A DNA stretch of 64,000 nt from a virus. Lineage: Duplodnaviria > Caudoviricetes. The DNA is taken from positions 64,001 to 128,000 of the IMG/VR virus record IMGVR_UViG_3300032307_000764; one strand, written 5' to 3'. The notes under the pieces were generated by a model. The model made no database searches, was not told the DNA's origin, and saw only the letters and a list, made by a program, of their open reading frames with translations. Position numbers and translations under genes: made by a program. Shown here piece after piece: positions 38,994 to 47,534 of the stretch. How positions within the stretch are numbered: position 1 is the stretch's first letter; the number at the start of each line of letters is the position of its first letter.

Positions 38994-40991
38994 ATGTCAG
39001 GAATAAAACACTTATCGGACATCTTTCAAGATAAAGGAAAAAGCTTCATTGAAAAGCTTTTTAGTAAAGAATTGACCGTAACGGAAAATCTTGATGGATC
39101 TACTTTCTCTTTTGAGAGAGATTTTACTGGAAATAATATTTCTTTCTATAAGAAAGATCAAGAAAATCCTATTACTAAAGTAGATAGGATATTAATGTCA
39201 TATTATGAAAAGCCTATAAACTATATAGATGCTTTACCAGAATCAACAAAAGAAGAAATTCCTAAGGGATGGAGATTTGGCATGACGTATTTTCCTAATA
39301 CTAAACCTGTTAGGATAGAATACGAAAGAGTTCCTAAGAACCATTTAATATTAACCCACGTACTGGTTAGAGATGAATTTGGGGAAACCGAAAGGATAAT
39401 ACAAGATAAGGAAGAGCTTGATCGATGGGCGGACAAACTTGGCGTAGAAAGAGCTCCTATTATTTTCCAAGGAAAACTTAATGAGGATCAGAAATTATCC
39501 ATAATGGATTTCCTTTCTACTCCGCTAATGGATTTAAAGAATAGATTTAAAACTGAGAGCTTCTCTAAATATCTTATTTCTATTTTAAATCCAGAGATAG
39601 TTAAAACAACACTAGGTAAAGATCTTCACGGAGAAATTGATTCTTTAGTTTTCCGATTCGACGACGAGGGTAAAGAAGAGACAATCTTAGCTAAAATGGT
39701 CGATCCTGTTTTCTATGAAATGTCCAAAGATAGAAAAGCATCAAGATCCTCGCATTTTCCTAGTGACATATATTCCTTGTGTTTAATAGATGTAATGAAT
39801 TTCATACTAGAAAAGGGTGTAGAATCTTTTGATGCTCAAGGTATAGAGCCAGAGGAAAGATATATCAATTTCGTATTTTCTGTATTTAAAAGCTTTATTT
39901 ATGACGAAGGTGAAAGATACTTAGGTGTTGATTTCGATAAACCTGATTATTTAAAATCCGAAGAATTTGCATTAAATAAAGATCTAATACAAGACACAGA
40001 GGTTATTTCATATTTGGATAAGGACGAATCATATATTGATATACTTCAAATGATCCTTAATTCATTCAGAAAGTTTAAAAGAAAGCCACACGGATTTTTT
40101 ACTGAGGGACTAATAAAACAATTTAATCAATTAGTTGAAGAGATAGCTTCTTATATCAATGCTAAAAGAAAAGAAAGGATAGAAGAATCTCTAGGATTAC
40201 CTTCCTTTGTTTGGTTTAAAAAAGCTGGATCTAGATTTAATGTAGATTACGAAGAAGAGACTGAAGAGATAGAGGAAAACTTGTTATCAGATGTGTCTGA
40301 TAATACAGATATTCTTTTAGAATCTGAAAACGTTAATCCGGAGAAAGAGGAAGAGGAAGACACGTCAGAATTCTTTTCGTTCAAAGATTTTAAAAAAGTA
40401 GTTTCTACTAATAAAGAGAAAAAGAAAATTAAAATACTTAACGAGTCTAACGAGAGTGTCAATGTTATAATTGGTAAATTTCAGCCTTTCAATAATGGAC
40501 ATTTAAAAATGTGCTCAAGAGTTAAAAAAGAAAACAATCTTCCTATATTTTTATGCGTAGTACACCCAGGTGGAGATGCTAATAACAAATTTCCATTCTC
40601 TGAAGAGCTAGTTAGAAAATCTATAGGATCTTTGGTTTCCGAGAACGATAAAATGTTTGCAGGATATGAAATAGTTCCTAGCAACCTATTAGAGGATGCA
40701 ATTAATATCGTTTCAAAGAAAGCAAATCCTGCATCAGTTTGTATAGGAGAGAAGGATTTTGAAAATATGTTACTTCAAAGAGAATGGATCAGAAATAAGT
40801 ATGATCTTAACGGAGGAGATATAGAGATATTTAAAACACCAGCATGGTCTGATAATAATTTAATTAGAGATTATGTCAGAAATGGTGATTTCCAAGAATT
40901 TAAGAGTAAAGTTCCTAAATCTATTGCTGTACTGTTTAATGAATTCAATAGAGAAATGCAGGATCTCGAAAATCCTAGCGAGGATATATAA
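38994..40991 (+). CDS. RNA-ligase-like domain fused to a cytidylyltransferase (HIGH-superfamily)-like domain
   Basis: VTENLDGSTFSF (ligase motif I-like, K replaced by N), EIDSLVFR, LAKMV; C-terminal IGKFQPFNNGHLKM. Confidence 0.6.
   Translation: MSGIKHLSDIFQDKGKSFIEKLFSKELTVTENLDGSTFSFERDFTGNNISFYKKDQENPITKVDRILMSYYEKPINYIDALPESTKEEIPKGWRFGMTYFPNTKPVRIEYERVPKNHLILTHVLVRDEFGETERIIQDKEELDRWADKLGVERAPIIFQGKLNEDQKLSIMDFLSTPLMDLKNRFKTESFSKYLISILNPEIVKTTLGKDLHGEIDSLVFRFDDEGKEETILAKMVDPVFYEMSKDRKASRSSHFPSDIYSLCLIDVMNFILEKGVESFDAQGIEPEERYINFVFSVFKSFIYDEGERYLGVDFDKPDYLKSEEFALNKDLIQDTEVISYLDKDESYIDILQMILNSFRKFKRKPHGFFTEGLIKQFNQLVEEIASYINAKRKERIEESLGLPSFVWFKKAGSRFNVDYEEETEEIEENLLSDVSDNTDILLESENVNPEKEEEEDTSEFFSFKDFKKVVSTNKEKKKIKILNESNESVNVIIGKFQPFNNGHLKMCSRVKKENNLPIFLCVVHPGGDANNKFPFSEELVRKSIGSLVSENDKMFAGYEIVPSNLLEDAINIVSKKANPASVCIGEKDFENMLLQREWIRNKYDLNGGDIEIFKTPAWSDNNLIRDYVRNGDFQEFKSKVPKSIAVLFNEFNREMQDLENPSEDI
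40983..40990 (+). promoter_or_regulatory. Putative late promoter GATATATA (continues as TATAAATA)
   Basis: 14 nt upstream of ATG 41005; contains a T4-type TATAAATA. Confidence 0.6.
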
Positions 40992-41004
40992 ATAAAAAAT
41001 AGAA

Positions 41005-41694
41005 ATGAGAAGAATCCTCGGATGGAGCGAGTTTAAATTATTCGAACAAGTTTATTTAGATAAAGACGAGCCTAAAGGAAATAGTATATCAGAAGATGCG
41101 TTTAAAAAAATGCGTCTTTGTTGTTTTGATATCATGGGTAAATACCCATTTTTTAGAAAACTTCTTTCTGATTTAGTAATCAGAGAAAATAGAAACCTTC
41201 CATATAAAACTATGGCAACGGATGGTGTTAGTATTCACTACGATCCCGGATTTGTTCTTGCAAAAAGTGAAGCGGAAATTATATTTGTTATTTGTCATGA
41301 GATAATGCACAATGTATTATTCCACTTTGCTAGAAAAATGCCAGATCCTAATCTATGGAACGTAGCAGCAGATTATGCTCTTAACCAATTATTAGAGGGT
41401 GTCGGAACAATGCCTAAAGAAGCTTTATATCCTGGGTGTGGATATCATCCAGATGATAAGAAGTTTGTTAATCTATCAGCAGAACAGATCTACGAATGGC
41501 TAGTTAAATCTGGTGCTAAACCACCAGAAGAACCTGAAGGAGATGGAGATTCTCAAGATTCGGAAATAACAATTGGAGATATAATAAGAGATACATCTAC
41601 TAATACTTATGGTGTAGTAAGATCTATAGACTCTGCAACTGGAGAAATTGAATTTGATCCTATTCCTAAATCGGATGTATCTAAATATTTATAA
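41005..41694 (+). CDS. Putative HExxH metallopeptidase (DUF2201_N-like), stand-alone
   Basis: TMATDGVSIHYDPGF, VICHEIMHNVLFHFAR, WNVAADYALN; CTS-like N-terminus MRRILGWSEFKLFE. Confidence 0.8.
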   Translation: MRRILGWSEFKLFEQVYLDKDEPKGNSISEDAFKKMRLCCFDIMGKYPFFRKLLSDLVIRENRNLPYKTMATDGVSIHYDPGFVLAKSEAEIIFVICHEIMHNVLFHFARKMPDPNLWNVAADYALNQLLEGVGTMPKEALYPGCGYHPDDKKFVNLSAEQIYEWLVKSGAKPPEEPEGDGDSQDSEITIGDIIRDTSTNTYGVVRSIDSATGEIEFDPIPKSDVSKYL

Positions 41695-41702
41695 AAGAAT
41701 CG

Positions 41703-42764
41703 ATGAAAGCTAAAATAATAGACGTTAAAAAAATAGTTAAGTCCCAGAAATCACCATCAGGATCCGGACAATCGACTAAGCCACCTAAAAATATTGAGGG
41801 ATGGGAAGATGAGGAAGAAACTGAAGGAGAAGAAGAATCTGGAGAAGAAGAAAGCGGGGAAGAATCTGGCGATGATAAACAATCAGGTAAAGGTTCAGGT
41901 AAAGGTTCTGAAAGAGGATCAGGTGATGAATGGGAAGAAGTAGATCCTGCTCAACCTGGAGCAACTTACAAAGTTACACCTTGGCAACAACCATCCGGAC
42001 ACACTGTAATAGGTGAGGTACTTCCTACAGGATCTTTAGGAGATGGAGATGCTGGAGATAGAGATGCTGATGCTAAGAAGGATCAATGGAAAGCTGCTAC
42101 AACTGCTGCAGAATCACAATCGAGAGGTAATATACCTGGGGGAATTAGAGCTGCTCTTAAAAGAATGAGAACTTCTGTTGTTGATTGGAGAAAAGAGTTA
42201 GAAGTATTTATAGATGATGCTATATCTAAAAGTAAATACACTCTACCATCTAGAAGATTCTTAGGTGGTGGTAAAGCACAATATGGATATAAGAGATTCA
42301 AAGAAGATTTCGAATGTGTAGTAGTTGCTATAGATACATCTGGATCTATTTCAGATAGTATGGTTGCTCAATTCCTAGGAGAAGCTAAAGCTATTGTTGA
42401 TGCCTATTCTCCTCAAGATCTTTATGTTATTTTCTGTCATACTAATATCTACAGAGTTGATCATATACAGCCTGGAGATCCTATAGAGGTAGGAAAACTT
42501 CAAAGTGGTGGTACTGAATTTTATCCTCCCTTTAAATGGACTGAAGAGAATCTTTTAGATAAAGGAATAGTACCTTCTGTATTTATTTATTTTACTGATG
42601 GCGAAGCTAATTTCCCTAATGCTTCTGAATACGGTATAGGCGAATATGAGGATAAGTGTATATGGGTTCTTCTTACATTTAATGGTGAACCTTTCAGATA
42701 TGAAGTTCCTTTTGGAAATAGAATAGACATTACTCTTCCAAACAAGGAAGTTAAAGATATATAG
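41703..42764 (+). CDS. VWA-like domain protein (DUF2201 C-terminal type) with acidic linker
   Basis: VDWRKEL, LPSRRF, MIDAS VAIDTSGS, GGT, YFTDGE. Confidence 0.85.
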   Translation: MKAKIIDVKKIVKSQKSPSGSGQSTKPPKNIEGWEDEEETEGEEESGEEESGEESGDDKQSGKGSGKGSERGSGDEWEEVDPAQPGATYKVTPWQQPSGHTVIGEVLPTGSLGDGDAGDRDADAKKDQWKAATTAAESQSRGNIPGGIRAALKRMRTSVVDWRKELEVFIDDAISKSKYTLPSRRFLGGGKAQYGYKRFKEDFECVVVAIDTSGSISDSMVAQFLGEAKAIVDAYSPQDLYVIFCHTNIYRVDHIQPGDPIEVGKLQSGGTEFYPPFKWTEENLLDKGIVPSVFIYFTDGEANFPNASEYGIGEYEDKCIWVLLTFNGEPFRYEVPFGNRIDITLPNKEVKDI

Positions 42765-42773
42765 TGATATATA
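42756..42773 (+). promoter_or_regulatory. Tandem putative late promoter GATATATAGT-GATATATA
   Basis: Two adjacent copies, ending 22 nt upstream of the AAA ATPase ATG. Confidence 0.6.
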
Positions 42774-42795
42774 GAAAGAAGAAAAAAATAATAAA

Positions 42796-44313
42796 ATGAA
42801 ACGTATTTACAATTTTAATGAGTTTGTTAACGAAGGATATCTTGAAAAGATCGGATCAAAGATCTCTGGATGGATTCAGTCTTTAAAGACAGCAATAAAA
42901 AACGGATTAGTAAGATTAATCCCATCTGGAACTAAAGCAGGTAAACCTATGGCAGTTGCATTTGATCCAGATAAAGGATCTATCGAGCAACAGTTATTGG
43001 ATTTCTTTGCAGGTACTCCTTATGCAGAAATGGCAAATGAGGCTCAAGTTCCTTTAACTTATCCAAAAAGTGAAGACGTTCTAGATGTTAAAGAGCCGGA
43101 GCTTAAGAAGATGATTAAAACTCGTCTTAAAGCTGTATTAAAAGCTGGTGACGAAGGAAACTACCAAGGTGTATTAGATGTTAAACCTATATTCATTTTT
43201 GGAGCTCCTGGTATTGGTAAAACCCAAATCGTTGCTCAAGTATGTGACGAACTAGGAAAAGAAATGTACGGGAAACCATTAAACTTAGCTTTCGTTGATG
43301 GTGAATTTGCTGAGCCAGTTGACTTTGCAGGTGTACCTTCAGTAGTAGACGTTTCTGGCCCTTCAGAAGAAGACCCATACGGAAGAGGTATTACAAGATC
43401 TAACGTATCTGTAAACCTTTTGCCTAATGATAATGGTAAAGATGATATGGGTGGAATTCTTTTCATCGATGAGTTAAACCGTATGCCTCAAGAGGTTATT
43501 AAAGTTTTCATGAAACTTGCTCAAAGTAGAAGACTTGGTCAAACTTACACAATACCTTCAAAATGGTATATCGTTGCTGCTGGTAACAGAGCGGAAGATG
43601 ATCCAAGAGAAGTTAAAGCAATGGGTACAGCTCTTAGAGACCGTTTCTCTGTTGTTAACTTTGTACCTTCTGTTACTGGATGGAAAAAATATATTGAAAG
43701 TGGAAGATTAAAAGATGTTGTTATCCCTGAGTTATTAGACTTCTTGGAATTCCAACAAGAATATTTCCACAATCTTGATCCTGCTAAGCAAATGATTAAA
43801 TACCCAACTCCTAGAGCTTGGACTGATGCTGCAATGGGATTAAGAAGAGTATTAGACGAACTTGCTACTGAAGGAGTAACTGAATTATCTGATAGAGATA
43901 TTATTAGTGCATTCCAAGTAGAAGTTGGATATGATGCTGCAGCAGCATTCTTAGATTTCTATAAAATCGCAAAAGAAATTCCTGTTAAGGATTTAGTATT
44001 GCCTTTCACTAATCCTGAAAGAGCACCTTTACCTGACGATAAGAAAGATCCTAAGTCTGGAAGACCTAGAGCTGATTATGCACACGCATTACTTTCTGCT
44101 ATCATCAGAAAAAGTAAAGATACTGAATTAACAGCTACTGAAGTGTGTAACTTTGCTACTTACTTACAAAGAGTTAATTCACCAGAATGGGGTAATGCTG
44201 CAATCTCTAATTTATTTAAAGAGCACGCTTACTTGAAAAAAGATGCTAAGGCAATCCAATGTATAGCTCCTCTAGCTGATAAATGGGGATCAGAGCTTGG
44301 AACAGAACTTTAA
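42796..44313 (+). CDS. MoxR/AAA_5-like AAA+ ATPase
   Basis: Walker A GAPGIGKT, Walker B ILFIDELNR, sensor IVAAGNR, R-finger ALRDRF, PTPRAW; CTS-like MKRIYNFNEFVNE. Confidence 0.88.
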   Translation: MKRIYNFNEFVNEGYLEKIGSKISGWIQSLKTAIKNGLVRLIPSGTKAGKPMAVAFDPDKGSIEQQLLDFFAGTPYAEMANEAQVPLTYPKSEDVLDVKEPELKKMIKTRLKAVLKAGDEGNYQGVLDVKPIFIFGAPGIGKTQIVAQVCDELGKEMYGKPLNLAFVDGEFAEPVDFAGVPSVVDVSGPSEEDPYGRGITRSNVSVNLLPNDNGKDDMGGILFIDELNRMPQEVIKVFMKLAQSRRLGQTYTIPSKWYIVAAGNRAEDDPREVKAMGTALRDRFSVVNFVPSVTGWKKYIESGRLKDVVIPELLDFLEFQQEYFHNLDPAKQMIKYPTPRAWTDAAMGLRRVLDELATEGVTELSDRDIISAFQVEVGYDAAAAFLDFYKIAKEIPVKDLVLPFTNPERAPLPDDKKDPKSGRPRADYAHALLSAIIRKSKDTELTATEVCNFATYLQRVNSPEWGNAAISNLFKEHAYLKKDAKAIQCIAPLADKWGSELGTEL

Positions 44314-44316
44314 TTA

Positions 44317-44589
44317 ATGAAAAAATTCAGTGAAATTAAGGAAGGTCATACCTCAAAGTATGACCTTTCTAATAGTAAAAGACTATTAGAAGAAGCCAGA
44401 GACAGGATCAATTCCGTTAGGGAGGAGTTTTCTGCGATGGAAGATGCTGATATAACTGAATTGGAGGAAGCATGGAACCTTATAGATAAATACTACGGAA
44501 ACGTGGTTAGAGGGGAAATATTCAAAAGAAGAAAAAAGAACCAATACATACCTAATACATCCGTTCGTATTCCGGAGAGAGGTTTTTAA
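44317..44589 (+). CDS. Hypothetical protein, putative internal head protein
   Basis: MKKFSEIKE start; helical. Confidence 0.55.
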   Translation: MKKFSEIKEGHTSKYDLSNSKRLLEEARDRINSVREEFSAMEDADITELEEAWNLIDKYYGNVVRGEIFKRRKKNQYIPNTSVRIPERGF

Positions 44590-44593
44590 TTAA

Positions 44594-44601
44594 GATATAT
44601 A
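44594..44601 (+). promoter_or_regulatory. Putative late promoter GATATATA
   Basis: 4 nt upstream of ATG 44606. Confidence 0.55.
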
Positions 44602-44605
44602 AAAT

Positions 44606-45139
44606 ATGAGACATATTAAATTATTTGAACAATTCCTAAATGAGGATGGATACGGTAGAGATTTTTTCGTAAAAAAGAAAGAGGGTAAATTATCCCAATA
44701 TTTCTTTAAGATCGAAGGCGAGGAAGAAGAGCTAGGATTTGTAGTTAATATAGGTAAGCTTTCTAGAAACATAACGATTGAATCTGCTGAGAATAGTTAT
44801 GCAGTTCTTTCTGTAGAGCCTATTAGAGAGTCTGTAATGGACGATTATTTAGTTAAAGACTCTGATTTTAAATCTAGAGAAGATGAAGTGTTTATGCTTA
44901 CTAAATCAGAGCTTATGAGATTCTATAAAATCGTTGGTGAGTGTATCAAAGATTATTTGCAATCTAATCCCAAGGTTTCTATCATCTATGATGAAATGCC
45001 TTTAAATATTGATATGGATTTCGAAGAGTATATGGAAAAAGCTAAATCTTTGATGGATGATTGGAGTTACGACAAATGGAGTATACAACAAGGTCCAGAA
45101 AGTAAAATAGTAATCTATTCTAGAAGAGATCATGAATAA
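44606..45139 (+). CDS. Hypothetical protein, putative internal head protein
   Basis: MRHIKLFEQFLNE start. Confidence 0.6.
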   Translation: MRHIKLFEQFLNEDGYGRDFFVKKKEGKLSQYFFKIEGEEEELGFVVNIGKLSRNITIESAENSYAVLSVEPIRESVMDDYLVKDSDFKSREDEVFMLTKSELMRFYKIVGECIKDYLQSNPKVSIIYDEMPLNIDMDFEEYMEKAKSLMDDWSYDKWSIQQGPESKIVIYSRRDHE

Positions 45140-45449
45140 TAATATTCTGTCATATAACGAATTTATCACAGAATCAAGAATACCTATAGCTTGGGCTAAA
45201 CCTTCACAGGTTACGACTAAGGTTCTTTCTTTTATAGCAGAGAAGGAGAAGGTTACTAAAAAGGAATTAATGGAATTTCTTGATAGTATTCCAGAGGATG
45301 CCTCCGGAAAAAAACCAACTATGTCTTGGGTTAGAAATCAGAAGAAGTATATTAAATATAAGGTACAGGAAGAGGAAGCAAATTATTTTTCTTTAACCCC
45401 TTTAGGAAGGAGAGTTCTGAAATCCTTTAAAATCAATGAAACAAATTAA
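45132..45449 (+). CDS. Winged-helix-like DNA-binding protein, putative internal head protein
   Basis: TKVLSFIAEKEKVTKKELMEF...YFSLTPLGRRVL wHTH pattern; MNNNILSYNEFITE start. Confidence 0.55.
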   Translation: MNNNILSYNEFITESRIPIAWAKPSQVTTKVLSFIAEKEKVTKKELMEFLDSIPEDASGKKPTMSWVRNQKKYIKYKVQEEEANYFSLTPLGRRVLKSFKINETN

Positions 45450-45483
45450 GGTTTCGTCTCTATGATATAGAAAATATATCAAT

Positions 45484-45663
45484 ATGGAAACTTACGAAAA
45501 AATTAAAGAATTAGTAGCAAACATGGAAAAAGACATGGATGCTTTCTACGGTAAAGGTAATAAATCTGCAGGAACTCGTGTTCGTACAGCTTGCCAAGAC
45601 CTTAAAAAATTAGCTCAAGATCTAAGAGTTAATGTACAAGAAACTAAAAACGCTAAAGCCTAA
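45484..45663 (+). CDS. Histone H1-like protein Hc1 family (Bacteroidota type); absent from the ORF track
   Basis: 59 aa translated by hand: METYEKIKELVANMEKDMDAFYGKGNKSAGTRVRTACQDLKKLAQDLRVNVQETKNAKA; F..KGNK.AGTR.R signature. Confidence 0.85.
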   Translation: METYEKIKELVANMEKDMDAFYGKGNKSAGTRVRTACQDLKKLAQDLRVNVQETKNAKA

Positions 45664-45668
45664 TTACG

Positions 45669-45899
45669 ATGGGATATTACATTTGTAAAGTAAGCTTTTT
45701 CTCTGGAGAAGTTTCTAAAAGTACAGGGAAAGCAAAAGCATCAAAGTCTGAGATCTTAGTAGAAGCGGAAGCTGTTACTGAAGCTGAAACAAGATTACAT
45801 GCTCATCTTGCTGGAGATAATGCAACTGCTCATTTAGATTTCGAGGTTACTGCAGTAGCTCAATCTAAAATTGAATCAGTAGTTCATATCAAAGGATAA
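45669..45899 (+). CDS. DUF4494-like protein
   Basis: YYICKVSF...KSEILVEAEAVTEAETRL...FEVTAVAQSKI follows the Bacteroidota DUF4494 pattern. Confidence 0.6.
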   Translation: MGYYICKVSFFSGEVSKSTGKAKASKSEILVEAEAVTEAETRLHAHLAGDNATAHLDFEVTAVAQSKIESVVHIKG

Positions 45900-45914
45900 G
45901 ATAAACTATCAATT

Positions 45915-45954
45915 AAAAACTCCTGACGGATATATAATCTATCAGGAGTTTTTT
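45915..45954 (+). terminator. Intrinsic terminator with GATATATA motif inside the loop
   Basis: AAAAACTCCTGA...TCAGGAGTTTTTT 12-bp stem plus T-run; the loop contains GATATATA at 45929-45936. Confidence 0.75.
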
Positions 45955-45965
45955 GTATACCCTGG

Positions 45966-46247
45966 TTGAAAGAAAAAATGAAAAAGAAAAAATCTTATAC
46001 TACTGGATCTTATACTCCTCCAACTTCCCCTGTTAAAATACCAAAAGGAAGTAAGGGATTCGATATGATTAAAAAATCATTATCTGAAGAGGAAGCACCA
46101 GAGACCGGTGCATATGAACCTCCAATTTCACCTGTTAAGATTCCTAAGGGTGATACGGGTTTTAATACAGTAAAGAATGGATATAGAAGATTCATTTGGT
46201 CTTGGAAAGAATATATAGGTAAAAAACCGAAATTCCCTAAAACATAA
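45966..46247 (+). CDS. Hypothetical protein with duplicated Pro-rich motif
   Basis: TGSYTPPTSPVKIPKGSKGF / TGAYEPPISPVKIPKGDTGF; the start may be ATG 45978. Confidence 0.55.
   Translation: MKEKMKKKKSYTTGSYTPPTSPVKIPKGSKGFDMIKKSLSEEEAPETGAYEPPISPVKIPKGDTGFNTVKNGYRRFIWSWKEYIGKKPKFPKT
46002..46175 (+). repeat. Intragenic 102-nt-period duplication
   Basis: Two copies of the TGxYxPPxSPVKIPKGxxGF coding unit, 34 codons apart. Confidence 0.75.
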
Positions 46248-46248
46248 T

Positions 46249-46611
46249 ATGCCAGCAGTATCTAAAACACAACAAAGATTAATGGGACAGGCTCACGGAG
46301 TACGTAAGTGGATGGACACTAACGGAAATGAAGGACTAGATCCTAAAGACATTAAATCAGCATATAGAGAAACTATTGTTGATATAGCAAAAAACATGAA
46401 GAAAAAATCACTTAAGGATTTTGCTAGTACTGAGCATAAAGGACTTCCTGAAGAGATTGAAGAAGGCCTAGGGGAGGTTGGTAATCCTGGTGAGGTTCCA
46501 ACAATATATCCTTATCTTAATCCATCAGCTAATAAGCCCAAGAAAAAAACTTTAGCCTCTAAGATGCAGAATTTAGCGGATTATAGAGAATTTATGTCGA
46601 ATAAAAAATAA
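46249..46611 (+). CDS. DUF3008-like protein
   Basis: MPAVSKTQQRLMGQAHG and LKDFASTEHKGLPE match the DUF3008 pattern. Confidence 0.65.
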   Translation: MPAVSKTQQRLMGQAHGVRKWMDTNGNEGLDPKDIKSAYRETIVDIAKNMKKKSLKDFASTEHKGLPEEIEEGLGEVGNPGEVPTIYPYLNPSANKPKKKTLASKMQNLADYREFMSNKK

Positions 46612-46616
46612 TTATT

Positions 46617-47087
46617 ATGGAAGAAAAATTAGACGAAGACTGCGGATGTGGTGGTGTTACTGATAACATTAGAAGCTTTTCTGGTTCAACACCATCTAGA
46701 TATTCACAAGATCCTTTAGTGGGAACTAGAGTAAATTTAGTAGATGGCCGATCTGGTAAGGTCGATGATTCTATTAGAAATAATACTGGAGAAGTTATTG
46801 GATATGTTATAGAGGGTGATAGAGGAACCTATAGAGTATTTAAAAATAAAATAGCTGGTCCTATCCAGGAGAGTGGAGGGCCAATGGCTTCTTTAGGATC
46901 TACTCCAGGAATGGGGAATGTTATACCTCCAGGACCGGGGAGAACTGGATCAGGGGATCAATTTCCTTCACTAGAGGTTGGTACTCCTGCTGCTAAAAAG
47001 AAAAAGAAGAAGAAAGATAACAATCCGATAGATACTTCTTTAATGGACTTTAAAACATTCCTTAGCAGAGGTAAAGGTAATCAATAA
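46617..47087 (+). CDS. Hypothetical protein with SH3-like core and basic tail
   Basis: VGTRVNLVDGRSGKV...YVIEGDRGTYRVF; KKKKKKK tail. Confidence 0.5.
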   Translation: MEEKLDEDCGCGGVTDNIRSFSGSTPSRYSQDPLVGTRVNLVDGRSGKVDDSIRNNTGEVIGYVIEGDRGTYRVFKNKIAGPIQESGGPMASLGSTPGMGNVIPPGPGRTGSGDQFPSLEVGTPAAKKKKKKKDNNPIDTSLMDFKTFLSRGKGNQ

Positions 47088-47108
47088 GAATTTTTGTCTT
47101 ATCAATAT

Positions 47109-47139
47109 AAATCCAAGTGACAAAATCGCTTGGATTTTT
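47109..47139 (+). terminator. Intrinsic terminator
   Basis: AAATCCAAGTGA-CAAAA-TCGCTTGGATTT followed by T's. Confidence 0.7.
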
Positions 47140-47192
47140 CTATTTTATAAGGTTGGTATTTAATTTGACGGTAAAATATAAAAAATAAAATT

Positions 47193-47525
47193 ATGTTTGA
47201 ATCAGAAATTAAATTACCGTTTTTCCTTAACTCTTTCGTTAGAAAGTTTTCACAGGGATATTTTAGTAAGAATGGGACTTTAATATTTGAAGTTCCTGGA
47301 TTTTCAAAAGATGATATTAAAATAGATCTTGATGGTCACGTTATGCACGTACACGGAGAGAAAGAGATCTATGGCGAGAAGTTTGAAATTGATAAGAAGT
47401 TTGCTTTAAACCATGGAGTATTAGATCAAGAAAATCCTATTACTGCTAAGGTAGAGAATGGTCTTCTTTACATCAATTTAAAAAAATCTACAAAACCTAA
47501 GCAAACTTCTGTGGAAATTTCTTAA
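47193..47525 (+). CDS. Small heat-shock protein (Hsp20/alpha-crystallin)
   Basis: FEVPGFSKDDIKIDLDGHVMHVHGEK...ITAKVENGLLYINLKK. Confidence 0.88.
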   Translation: MFESEIKLPFFLNSFVRKFSQGYFSKNGTLIFEVPGFSKDDIKIDLDGHVMHVHGEKEIYGEKFEIDKKFALNHGVLDQENPITAKVENGLLYINLKKSTKPKQTSVEIS

Positions 47526-47534
47526 TTTAGCTTC

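Noticed and set aside
41680-41710. Readthrough or programmed frameshift fusing the peptidase and VWA ORFs
   Set aside because: The ORFs are in different frames with a clean TAA, an 8-nt spacer and a good ATG. No slippery heptamer or stimulatory structure was seen; a read-level check is still advised.
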